The notes beneath the pieces were generated by a model that was not told where the DNA came from, made no database searches, and saw nothing but the letters and a program-made list of their open reading frames with translations. A program made the translations under genes and the position numbers. DNA of 60,995 bases from an uncultured archaeon (GTDB lineage Archaea > Asgardarchaeota > Lokiarchaeia > Sigyniarchaeales > SOKP01): contig CAZGJX010000010.1 of the NCBI GenBank assembly GCA_964525635.1, positions 1 through 60,995 on the forward strand, given 5' to 3'. Positions 52,595 to 60,995 of the stretch are shown piece by piece (the stretch's first letter is position 1; every line of letters starts with the position of its first letter).

Positions 52595-52945
52595 TTATAT
52601 CAATTTCCCTAATGCTTTACTTGCCGCACTTAATTTAAGATTAATTATTCCCAATTTAGCATCTACAGTAGTGATAATACAAAGGATATTTCCTTTTATT
52701 TCTGAGAATAAGATTTTACCATTTTCACTTTCAATGGTAGCATTATTAAATTTACCTTGTTCTAATTCTTTTGTTGCTCGTTGGCTTGCTTTTAAAATAA
52801 GAGTGACCATAGCAGCTACAGCATCTGGATCAATCCATCCCGGAACTGCACTACCTTTAATTAAACCAAATTTTTCAATTAGAGCTGCTCCATGTACACC
52901 TTTAATTGATTTCAAGCTCTCAAGTACTGATCCTATTTGACTCAT
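52595..52945 (-). CDS. Roadblock/LC7 (MglB-like) protein
   Basis: 'IKGVHGAALIEKFGLI...VAAMV...ELEQG...IESENGKIL...AKLGII'. Confidence 0.88.
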   Translation of the reverse strand: MSQIGSVLESLKSIKGVHGAALIEKFGLIKGSAVPGWIDPDAVAAMVTLILKASQRATKELEQGKFNNATIESENGKILFSEIKGNILCIITTVDAKLGIINLKLSAASKALGKLI

Positions 52946-53129
52946 TTATCTCATTTTATATAGTTAATAATTTATATATTTCAATTAATTGTTATGTTTT
53001 AAATTCTTTTCTATCTTTCATTTAACTTTGAATTTAAATTTATTTTTATTTTTGTTAAAGTTTTTTGATTATGATATCAAAATCTTATTAAAAAGATTAA
53101 CATATATTTTATATATTTAAATATTAAAA

Positions 53130-53783
53130 ATGAAATGTGTTGAAATGAAGGGAAAAAATTCAAGAAATATAGAAGAAATCATTAAAGAATACAGAATTGA
53201 GCTTTTACATGGAGCGGAATTAATGCATAAGCTTATTCTTGATTTTATTAAAAATAAATTAAATAAGAAAGAACTTGATGGAGTAATTAAATCAGAGAAA
53301 AAATGTGATCATTTAAAGGATGAATATATTCAAGTTCTTTTCCAAAATAAAAGAGCACTTCCATTCTTAGTAGAGGATCGATATAAAATTATTACTTTAG
53401 TCGATCAAGTCTTAGGGAAAGTTGAATACTTAGCTAGATTTATAAAAATATATCCATTTGACTTATATAAAGATATTTCTGAAGATTTCAAAAAGATGTG
53501 TGATATATGTCAACAAATGATTACTGGTTTGTTAGAAACATTAGAATTGATAGAAACGAATTTTACTGCAGCATATGATAAGACTTTTGAAATAGAAGCA
53601 ATTCGAAGGCCCGCACGTAAAATGAAATTTGAACTCTTAGGTAATATTTATAAAAAGAAAGATGAACCCACTAGAATTCATTTAACTTCTGATCTAATAA
53701 ATAATTTATATAATATAATTGGTTTAATTGAAGATATTGCTGATTACCTAAGAGGATTAATAATAAAATATCCAACCAGATAA
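53130..53783 (+). CDS. DUF47/PhoU-like phosphate transport regulator
   Basis: 'SEKKCDHLK', 'LPFLVEDRY', 'IEDIADYL'; directly upstream of the PiT gene. Confidence 0.8.
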   Translation: MKCVEMKGKNSRNIEEIIKEYRIELLHGAELMHKLILDFIKNKLNKKELDGVIKSEKKCDHLKDEYIQVLFQNKRALPFLVEDRYKIITLVDQVLGKVEYLARFIKIYPFDLYKDISEDFKKMCDICQQMITGLLETLELIETNFTAAYDKTFEIEAIRRPARKMKFELLGNIYKKKDEPTRIHLTSDLINNLYNIIGLIEDIADYLRGLIIKYPTR

Positions 53784-53799
53784 ATAGAGAGGATTAAAT

Positions 53800-54783
53800 T
53801 TGGCGGTTGAATTTACAATAATAATTGTATTTATAGTCATTTCAATTTTTATATCCTTTGCTATAGGAGCAAATGATGAAACATTCTCTACTGTACATGG
53901 CTCTAAAACACTAAATATGAAAGAGATTCTCATATTTACTACTATCTTAGCAATTCTTGGTGCGTTTCTGCTTGGTAGAGGCGTAAGCGAGACTGTTGGA
54001 ACAAAATTGTTCGGTAGTAGTGTTTCGGAAGTATCTGAAGCGATGGTGTTAACCATATTAATCTCAACATCTATTTGGTTAATTATTTCATCTCTTCTGG
54101 GCGTACCTATCTCTACTACACACTCAACTATTGGAAGTATTATGGGTGTTGGAATGTTGGTTGGTGAGGGATTAAATGGAGTAAATTGGATTCAAATCGG
54201 AGAAATGAGTTTTTGGTGGATATTATCACCAGTTTTAGGTTTTGCTGCAACCTATGGAGTTTATAAGTTGATACATAGAACTGTTATTAATAAATTAAAC
54301 GGTTTTAAAGATTTTGAGAGATTAGAAAAGATTTTCTCGTATATTTTACTTGTAACAATTGCTATAACCGCATTTTCAAGAGCAGGAAATGATTGTTCTA
54401 ACGCTGTTGGAATTGTTATTGGTCTTGATGCTGGTATTGATATTAATTTAATCTTATTAGTTACTGGAATCAGTTTTTCACTTGGGATTATCGTTTTAGG
54501 AAGGACAGTTATTAAAAGTGTTGGAGCTATTACTGAATTAGTACCTAGTTCCGCATTTGCTAGTGAAGTACCTACAGCAGGTATTTTATTCGTAGGGACA
54601 TTTTTAGGGATTCCCTTATCAGGGTCACATATGCTTGTAGCATCATTAGTGGGACTTTCAAAAGCTCGAAAAGCACCAAGAAAAAAAGGATTATGGAAAA
54701 TTATTTTAATATGGTTACTCACTTTTCCTATGGCAGCATTATTAGCAATAACATTATATTTTCCGATTGCTTTAATTATATAA
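53800..54783 (+). CDS. Inorganic phosphate transporter (PiT/PHO4)
   Basis: 'GAND', 'GVPISTTH', 'AGND.SNAVG', 'GIPLSGSH'. Confidence 0.9.
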   Translation: MAVEFTIIIVFIVISIFISFAIGANDETFSTVHGSKTLNMKEILIFTTILAILGAFLLGRGVSETVGTKLFGSSVSEVSEAMVLTILISTSIWLIISSLLGVPISTTHSTIGSIMGVGMLVGEGLNGVNWIQIGEMSFWWILSPVLGFAATYGVYKLIHRTVINKLNGFKDFERLEKIFSYILLVTIAITAFSRAGNDCSNAVGIVIGLDAGIDINLILLVTGISFSLGIIVLGRTVIKSVGAITELVPSSAFASEVPTAGILFVGTFLGIPLSGSHMLVASLVGLSKARKAPRKKGLWKIILIWLLTFPMAALLAITLYFPIALII

Positions 54784-54914
54784 TTTTTTCTTTTTTTTTT
54801 AAGATGATGGTATATATAATCTGTGAAATTAGAATAATTTTAATTTCAATATAATAATCTTATAATATTATAAGTATTCAACATTTTTACCTTATATATT
54901 AATAATCATAAATA

Positions 54915-55250
54915 TTGGTTGTAATATTGAGTTCAAAACCAGATACAGAGAAAATAATATATTTATTAGCAGTTAGTGGTGGGATTATGGCTATTTTCGA
55001 GGCTGCAATAGGAATTTCTACGATTGATGTTTCAAATATGGATACTACTCTTGTTTTCCATCTAGTCGCCATAATAATCGCAATTCTTACGCTTTTAAGC
55101 GTTTTAAAACCCAATGAACCTATACCATATAATTGGATAATTTTATTTGTTTTTTCAATACTTTTAATTATATTTAGAAGTATTGCAGGTGGAATAATTG
55201 TTTTAGTAGCTGCTATATTAGGTTTATTATCAGAAACAGAAGTTATATAA
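54915..55250 (+). CDS. Small multi-TM membrane protein
   Basis: 3-4 hydrophobic segments. Confidence 0.6.
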   Translation: MVVILSSKPDTEKIIYLLAVSGGIMAIFEAAIGISTIDVSNMDTTLVFHLVAIIIAILTLLSVLKPNEPIPYNWIILFVFSILLIIFRSIAGGIIVLVAAILGLLSETEVI

Positions 55251-55362
55251 TTTTATTTTATCAATTTTATTTAATTAATTTTATTTTATTAATTTTATTT
55301 TATTAATTTTAATTTAATATCTATAATTTTAAAAAAATTTCATTTAAATGTTTAAATTTACT

Positions 55363-55776
55363 TTATTTCGATAAAATCAATTCAAGACTATTAGGAATTA
55401 ATTTATTAAAATAAAATAAATGACTTTTACATTTACAATCAGAACTTCCGAAATTTTTAATTGAATCCTCTGAACTTTTTTCTAATTCTTTTGCAATGGT
55501 GCATTCTAATTTAATTTTAGAGGGAATGAGATATATTTTTATAATTTCCACTTTTTTATTTTTTAAAAAAAAGTCTATATGCCAATGAAGTTTCTTTTCA
55601 GCAGAATCTTTTAAATGTCTCTTTACTCGATTTATTAATGATGAAGAGCCTTTATTTGCCATAGCAGATCCCACATAAATATAATTTCCTTTATTAAACT
55701 CTAGATTACCTAAGGCTGCTACTTCCAATTCTATTCTTTCCTTCAAAAGAAGACATAATAGATATGTTCCCTTCAT
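55363..55776 (-). CDS. GIY-YIG/DUF123 family nuclease
   Basis: 'KGTYLL', 'GNYIYVGSA', 'RVKRH', 'HWHIDF', 'FGSSDC.C.SHL'. Confidence 0.88.
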   Translation of the reverse strand: MKGTYLLCLLLKERIELEVAALGNLEFNKGNYIYVGSAMANKGSSSLINRVKRHLKDSAEKKLHWHIDFFLKNKKVEIIKIYLIPSKIKLECTIAKELEKSSEDSIKNFGSSDCKCKSHLFYFNKLIPNSLELILSK

Positions 55777-55936
55777 TTTCTTTTAGATTATCAGATTTTC
55801 TTATAGTATATAATTTTTAGAACGATCTTGAATAGAATAAAAGTTTAGAAATTTTAAAATTTAGTTTTTGCAAGGATTATCTTAATAAATTTTGAAGGAT
55901 TAATATTAATGTTAACCAAAAATAGGTGATGTAATT

Positions 55937-56131
55937 ATAAGAGCTAGAGCATGTATAAGATGTAAGAAATATATAACCATTTCCCCTAATAATCTTTCCA
56001 GTAAAGCATTAGTTCAAGAATTTGACGGTGCTCATCGAGGTCATACAGTAATTACTGTAGATGCTGATGAAATAAATGAAATATATGAAAATATTGAAGA
56101 TGAAGTAAGGTCTGCTTTTTTGGAATTATAA
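55937..56131 (+). CDS. Small CxxC...HxxH zinc-binding protein (64 aa, ATA start; absent from the ORF track)
   Basis: AGGTGA SD at 55924-29; RARACIRCKKYITISPNNLSSKALVQEFDGAHRGHTVITVDADEINEIYENIEDEVRSAFLEL*. Confidence 0.7.
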   Translation: MRARACIRCKKYITISPNNLSSKALVQEFDGAHRGHTVITVDADEINEIYENIEDEVRSAFLEL

Positions 56132-56193
56132 TAAATGGTTTTTTAAATATTATTTAGATATAAGATGATATTTTAAATAATTAATAACATATT

Positions 56194-56718
56194 TTATGCT
56201 GTTAATATCTTATTTTTTATTTCACGTACCATCTTTAAACCATCCTCGTTTATTTCTGATAAGATCTCACGAAGTATATTATTAATTTCAATACCCTTTA
56301 ACTCACATGAAATATAAAGTAATGATAAAATTTCCCTTGATAAAATTCTAAGATTTTTAATATCATCAATAGGAATTCGAATACCAAGAGATTTGAGATC
56401 TAAGTTTGTTTCTTTTTCCTGTTGCCTTATGGAAATTAGAAAATCATTTTTACGGCCTTTCCATTCTTCAAAAATAACTCTAATAGATAAAAGATATCTT
56501 TTAGTAGGGCTACCGATACCATTTACATCTTTTGCAAATTCTAGTGGAACTGAATTTCTTAGAGATTCTAGGCCAAATACTCGATTTATTTTATTAGATT
56601 TATCTAATTTATGTTTTATTTGAGAAACTTCATTTAAAAGTTGTTCTACTTTTAAAGATAATTTTTCAAACTTTTTAAGTAATAATTCCTCACTACTTTT
56701 ATTTTTTAAAGAACTCAT
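56194..56718 (-). CDS. Hypothetical protein (N-terminal coiled coil)
   Basis: 174-aa ORF with coding-like composition. Confidence 0.65.
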   Translation of the reverse strand: MSSLKNKSSEELLLKKFEKLSLKVEQLLNEVSQIKHKLDKSNKINRVFGLESLRNSVPLEFAKDVNGIGSPTKRYLLSIRVIFEEWKGRKNDFLISIRQQEKETNLDLKSLGIRIPIDDIKNLRILSREILSLLYISCELKGIEINNILREILSEINEDGLKMVREIKNKILTA

Positions 56719-56902
56719 AGGAACACTATTAATTTTAATATTGATTTAATTTTGAATACATATTAAAACTGCTTTTCAATAATACATTAATCTATGGCAA
56801 TTTATTAATTTATGAAATAAGTAAAGAATTAATGTTAAAAATATATATTACTATAGTGAATATAATTTTTAAATTTAGAATAGTTAATAGAGAAAAAAGA
56901 AA

Positions 56903-58420
56903 ATGGAGGATTTAGAGAGTACATCAATTGAACGTCATGATTTATATAATTTTGAAACTAAGATTAATTATAAATATACTCTTGAAACAGATAATAGAAA
57001 AAAAGCATCATATTTATTAGATATATTCTTTTTTATTCCCAAATCGCTTCAAATAAATAAAGATACCTATAATAAAGAGAAGTTTTTTTCCGACATAAAT
57101 AATCTTATTAGGTTTACAACACCAAAAATGTCTATAGGAGATATTTTAAATGATAAAAATGAACTTTCTCCTCTTAATATTATCGAAAAGAATATTAATC
57201 AAAATCTATGTAAAAATCTTAAACCAGATCTAATAAAAAGAATTCAAAGAGAATTCCGATTATTAGCCAGTATTCTAAAGACTTCATTAAAAGATAATTT
57301 TCTTTATATAAAAAATAATTATGAGGCTTTAATGAAGAGAAATAGTGTTAATGACATTCTTAACGAACATATAGAGAATATTACAAGATTTAAAATAAGA
57401 TTCTCTCTTTTAAAAAAGGAATTTGTATCTATTCAAAGAAATATAAAAATAAAAGAAACCTTTCAATATTCTGATGAGTATATTAGCTTACAAATAGAAG
57501 AGTGGTCAACTCAAATATTAAATCGATTAGATAAACGTCTAAATAATGATATTATTAATAGCATAATAAAGATAATTGAAGATGAGCAATCTTATAGAAA
57601 ATCTTTCAATAGTCGATTAATTCTGAGAGAAAATACTGATAATGAACAATATACGTATATGGAAGGAATTATGAAGAAATATGTACAAGGAGTTCTCTAT
57701 TTAAATAAGAAAAAGAAAAAACCTCAAACATCATCTTTAGAGATTCTCTATTCTATTGGCGCTGGTTTAGCTATGTTCATATCATTGTTTATAGGTTTCT
57801 TTTTGTTCTCTAATTTAGAAGCAAATTCAATTCCTTTTATTTTTGTAGCTGTAGTAATATATATGTTAAGAGATAGAATTAAAGATAATATTCGTGGAAT
57901 TTCACAAAAAGCAGTTGGATTATATTTTCCTGACCAAAAGATTGATATCTTAGATGGTTTTTTTGAGGAGAAAATTGGTATAAGCGAAGAAAAAATGTAT
58001 TTTATTGATTTTGATAAAATTCCAAAAACAATTCTTCAAATAAGAAAATCTAGTAATAAGAGTTCAATCGAAGAAGAAGGAAAACCTGAAGTATGTATTT
58101 TATTTAAGAAAAGAATTACCCTGTTTAATGAGAAAATTTCTAAATTGCATACAAGACACAAGGATATTCTTGATGTAACAAGGTTCAATATTCAAAATTT
58201 TTTACGATATGCAGATGATCCAATCCAAAAAGTTCTAACATGGAAAAAAGACCGACATCAACTAAATTCTTCTTCTGTATCAAAAGTTTATCATATAAAT
58301 TTAGTATTTAAATTATCAACTTTTCAAGGGAAAAAAATAAAGAGTATTTCTTATCAAAAATATAGAGTTATTTTAAACCAAAAAGGTATTAAAAAGGTTA
58401 GGAATGTTAAAATAAATTAA
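56903..58420 (+). CDS. Hypothetical protein with an internal TM hairpin
   Basis: 505-aa ORF; 'YSIGAGLAMF...IYMLRDRIKD'. Confidence 0.7.
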   Translation: MEDLESTSIERHDLYNFETKINYKYTLETDNRKKASYLLDIFFFIPKSLQINKDTYNKEKFFSDINNLIRFTTPKMSIGDILNDKNELSPLNIIEKNINQNLCKNLKPDLIKRIQREFRLLASILKTSLKDNFLYIKNNYEALMKRNSVNDILNEHIENITRFKIRFSLLKKEFVSIQRNIKIKETFQYSDEYISLQIEEWSTQILNRLDKRLNNDIINSIIKIIEDEQSYRKSFNSRLILRENTDNEQYTYMEGIMKKYVQGVLYLNKKKKKPQTSSLEILYSIGAGLAMFISLFIGFFLFSNLEANSIPFIFVAVVIYMLRDRIKDNIRGISQKAVGLYFPDQKIDILDGFFEEKIGISEEKMYFIDFDKIPKTILQIRKSSNKSSIEEEGKPEVCILFKKRITLFNEKISKLHTRHKDILDVTRFNIQNFLRYADDPIQKVLTWKKDRHQLNSSSVSKVYHINLVFKLSTFQGKKIKSISYQKYRVILNQKGIKKVRNVKIN

Positions 58421-58527
58421 TATAATGAACGTATTTTTGTTATTTTCTCATCAATTTATGATATAAAAAATTTGTAATAATATTCGATAAATCTTTAAGA
58501 ATGAGATAAGCTAATTTTAATATAAGT

Positions 58528-59628
58528 ATGATAAAATTAAATTGGGATAAAAAGAAAGATATTTCAGATACAATAGAATCAATTAAACTTAATTATAAAA
58601 ATAAATTTCGAGAGATTTCTTCTCTTTTAAATAATGGAGATACTTATAAAAATAATCAGATAAATAAGATAGCTTGGACGAACAAATTATTTTGGGGAGA
58701 GAATCTAGAGGTTTTGTATTATTTATTAAATTATTTTGAAAATAAAATTGACTTAATCTATATTGATCCTCCTTTTTTTTCTGGAACAGATTATTATATT
58801 CAAATCAAAGAACAAAATAAAATTTATGAAGATATAGCATATCTTGACCATTGGAATAAAGATTTGGATTCATATTTACAAATGCTATATGAAAGATTGC
58901 TTCTTTTTAAAAAATTGCTTTCGAATAAAGGATTATTATTTATTCATTTAGATTGGCATGCTATTCATTATGTTAAAATTATACTTGATGAAATATTTGG
59001 AAGTGAAAATTTCATAAATTCGATTGTATGGCATTATTATAACAAATACAGTGCTGGAAAAAACCATCTTCCAAAAGCACATGATAATATTTTGGTATAT
59101 TCAAATTCAACCAATTACAATCTTAATGAAATAAGAATATCGCGAAAAAAACCTATAAAACAATTAAAAAGAGTTATGATAAATGGTGTATTAAAAAACG
59201 CAAAGGATGAAAATGGAAAGGTAGTATATCGTATTGTAAAGGATAAAAAATTAGATGATGTATGGAACATTCCTTGTATGCAACCTGCTTCAAAACAATG
59301 GATGGGCTACCCAAACCAAAAACATCATAAATTACTCGAAAGAATTATTAAATTAGGATCGAATGAAGGTGATTTAATAGCTGATTTTTTTTGTGGCTCT
59401 GGTACTACTTTGTTAGTAGCAGAACAATTACGAAGAAAATGGATTGGGATAGATATTTCAAAATATGCAATATATTTGACAAGAAAGAGAATCATGGAGT
59501 ATCAAAAAAAGTTTGAAGTTCAATTACAATTTCCATTTGAAATATTCGCTAATTTGAATAAAGAAAAAAATGAAATTGTATCTTCTAACTTCTTTAATGG
59601 TAACTATATAATAAAGAGAAAAAAATGA
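58528..59628 (+). CDS. Site-specific DNA methyltransferase (beta class, Mod-like)
   Basis: 'IDLIYIDPPF', 'YPNQK', 'ADFFCGSGTT', 'WIGID'. Confidence 0.9.
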   Translation: MIKLNWDKKKDISDTIESIKLNYKNKFREISSLLNNGDTYKNNQINKIAWTNKLFWGENLEVLYYLLNYFENKIDLIYIDPPFFSGTDYYIQIKEQNKIYEDIAYLDHWNKDLDSYLQMLYERLLLFKKLLSNKGLLFIHLDWHAIHYVKIILDEIFGSENFINSIVWHYYNKYSAGKNHLPKAHDNILVYSNSTNYNLNEIRISRKKPIKQLKRVMINGVLKNAKDENGKVVYRIVKDKKLDDVWNIPCMQPASKQWMGYPNQKHHKLLERIIKLGSNEGDLIADFFCGSGTTLLVAEQLRRKWIGIDISKYAIYLTRKRIMEYQKKFEVQLQFPFEIFANLNKEKNEIVSSNFFNGNYIIKRKK

Positions 59629-60003
59629 TCTATATGATTATTCTCAAAAGAGTAATAAAAATTCTGAAAATTATATCTTTGAGATAAAAATAATTAGTTA
59701 AAATTGGTATATTTTAAATACCATTTATAAAGTAATATTATTGATTTATTCTATATAACTTCATGAAGAGAAAATAGAATAGAAAGAATTCTAAATTTAG
59801 AGGTTTATTAAAGAAAAATTAAGAATTAAATAAATTTATAAATTCTAAATTAAAAGTAAATAATTTTAATCATATTGATTATAAAAACATCAATATCCTT
59901 AATATCTATTACATAGTAAAAGTTTTAAGATTTCAAAGACTTTAATAATAAAGTAGATAGATCAAAAAATTAATTGTTTAATTATATCCTTTACTGATTT
60001 AAA

Positions 60004-60645
60004 ATGAATAAACAAGAGAAAAATAATCAAAATAATAAGGAAATAGAAGGAGAAGTGATTGATAATAAGGAACAAGAAGCATATAATCAGTTATCTAAAG
60101 ATGAACTTATTTTAAATCTAAAAGAATTTACCAAAGAATTATCAAGTATTAAAGATAAAAATCTTAACATTATAAAAGAAAAGGATGATTGGCAGGATAA
60201 ATATACACGATTACAAGCTGAATTCGAAAATACACAAAAAAGATGGGAAAAATCAAGAGAACATCTAAAACAGCAATATATAGGAATGATTTTGAAGAGT
60301 TTTCTCCCTTTATATGATTCATTTAAAAATGCTTTAAAGAATGAAGATGAAAATAGTCCGTTAAACCAGTTTTACAAACAATTTTTAAATATATTAAAAT
60401 CTCATGGTGCTGAACCTATGAAAGTTGAGGAATTAGAATTATTTAATTATGATCTACATGAGGCTTTAAGTACGATTGAAAGAGATGACGTTCCCAATAA
60501 TTCTATTATTGAAATTATTCAAGATGGGATAAAATTAAATAAAGATATATTAAGATTTGCTAAAGTAATTATTTCTCGAACACCTAAACCTCCTGAACCT
60601 GAAAGTAAAGAAATCAACGAGGAAGATATCATAGAAGAAGAATGA
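60004..60645 (+). CDS. grpE: Nucleotide exchange factor GrpE
   Basis: 'RLQAEFEN..KR', 'LPLYDSF', 'F...LHEAL', 'IQDG.KL...ILRFAKV'. Confidence 0.88.
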   Translation: MNKQEKNNQNNKEIEGEVIDNKEQEAYNQLSKDELILNLKEFTKELSSIKDKNLNIIKEKDDWQDKYTRLQAEFENTQKRWEKSREHLKQQYIGMILKSFLPLYDSFKNALKNEDENSPLNQFYKQFLNILKSHGAEPMKVEELELFNYDLHEALSTIERDDVPNNSIIEIIQDGIKLNKDILRFAKVIISRTPKPPEPESKEINEEDIIEEE

Positions 60646-60995
60646 TTTCCTTAGAAGTAAAAAATTAATAATAACTATATAACTATATTTTTATTAAATA
60701 TGTAAAAGATACTCCCAATTTTTAATAACTGTAAGTATTCAGTGAATTACCATCCCTTCAACAGTAGTTCGTTATTTTCTAATCTTACATTTCTATCACC
60801 TTTTCCTTTTCAAATTTTTATCATAAGAAAATATTGAGTAATAATTTGAGTCTTAGGGTTCTCGATTGCATAGAAGATACCCTAAATGTTCCATTTATGA
60901 ATTCTGGCAATCTTTCTTGATATCTGAATAACTGCAAAAGATTCCAAAGATATATGGCAATTAGAAAAAGAAATAGGCGTGTGCTTAAATTTACA

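Noticed and set aside
55251-55320. TTATTAATTTTATT-type short repeats
   Set aside because: Low-complexity AT tract between convergent genes, probably a terminator region.
55363-55776. GIY-YIG gene as the homing endonuclease for the introns
   Set aside because: It belongs to the widespread stand-alone DUF123 type and lies more than 30 kb away, with no evidence of a link.
1629-56623. Short antisense or overlapping ORFs in the track (e.g. 1629, 2892, 6166, 6710, 10097, 27669, 33722, 54261, 56393)
   Set aside because: Shadows of well-supported genes, with no recognisable motifs.
60700-60995. Possible minus-strand gene end at the window edge
   Set aside because: The frames are interrupted and no motif was recognisable.

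Overview
AT-rich archaeal chromosomal window that looks like an Asgard archaeon (Lokiarchaeia-like). The assignment rests on an actin-related protein, roadblock/longin-type domains, an MglA-like small GTPase, a Loki-CTERM-like 'IPGY' sorting tail and bacterial-type gyrAB. Most of the window is housekeeping: gyrA/gyrB, folP, a cofE-family gene, gatA, gatB, lpdA, corA, two MscS, PiT/DUF47, two Hsp20, grpE and two DNA methyltransferases. The main finding is the MglA-like GTPase gene at 23466-24183. It is interrupted by three tiny insertions (28, 45 and 30 nt), each folding into a bulge-helix-bulge (BHB) tRNA-splicing-endonuclease substrate. Removing them at the canonical BHB cut sites restores one 204-aa GTPase with intact motifs, so this is a candidate multi-intron mRNA in an Asgard archaeon. 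An intron-less, synonymously diverged copy of the same 5' end lies 2.6 kb upstream and confirms the first splice junction; the two copies share a 23-bp att-like core. The second highlight is a membrane-anchored three-cohesin scaffoldin next to a GH5-dockerin enzyme (a mini-cellulosome-like pair); both genes share a duplicated promoter/signal-peptide cassette. Several genes appear to start at ATA/ATT codons. No rRNA, tRNA, CRISPR array, integrase or transposase was recognised. All family calls are by eye from motifs; no database searches were run.
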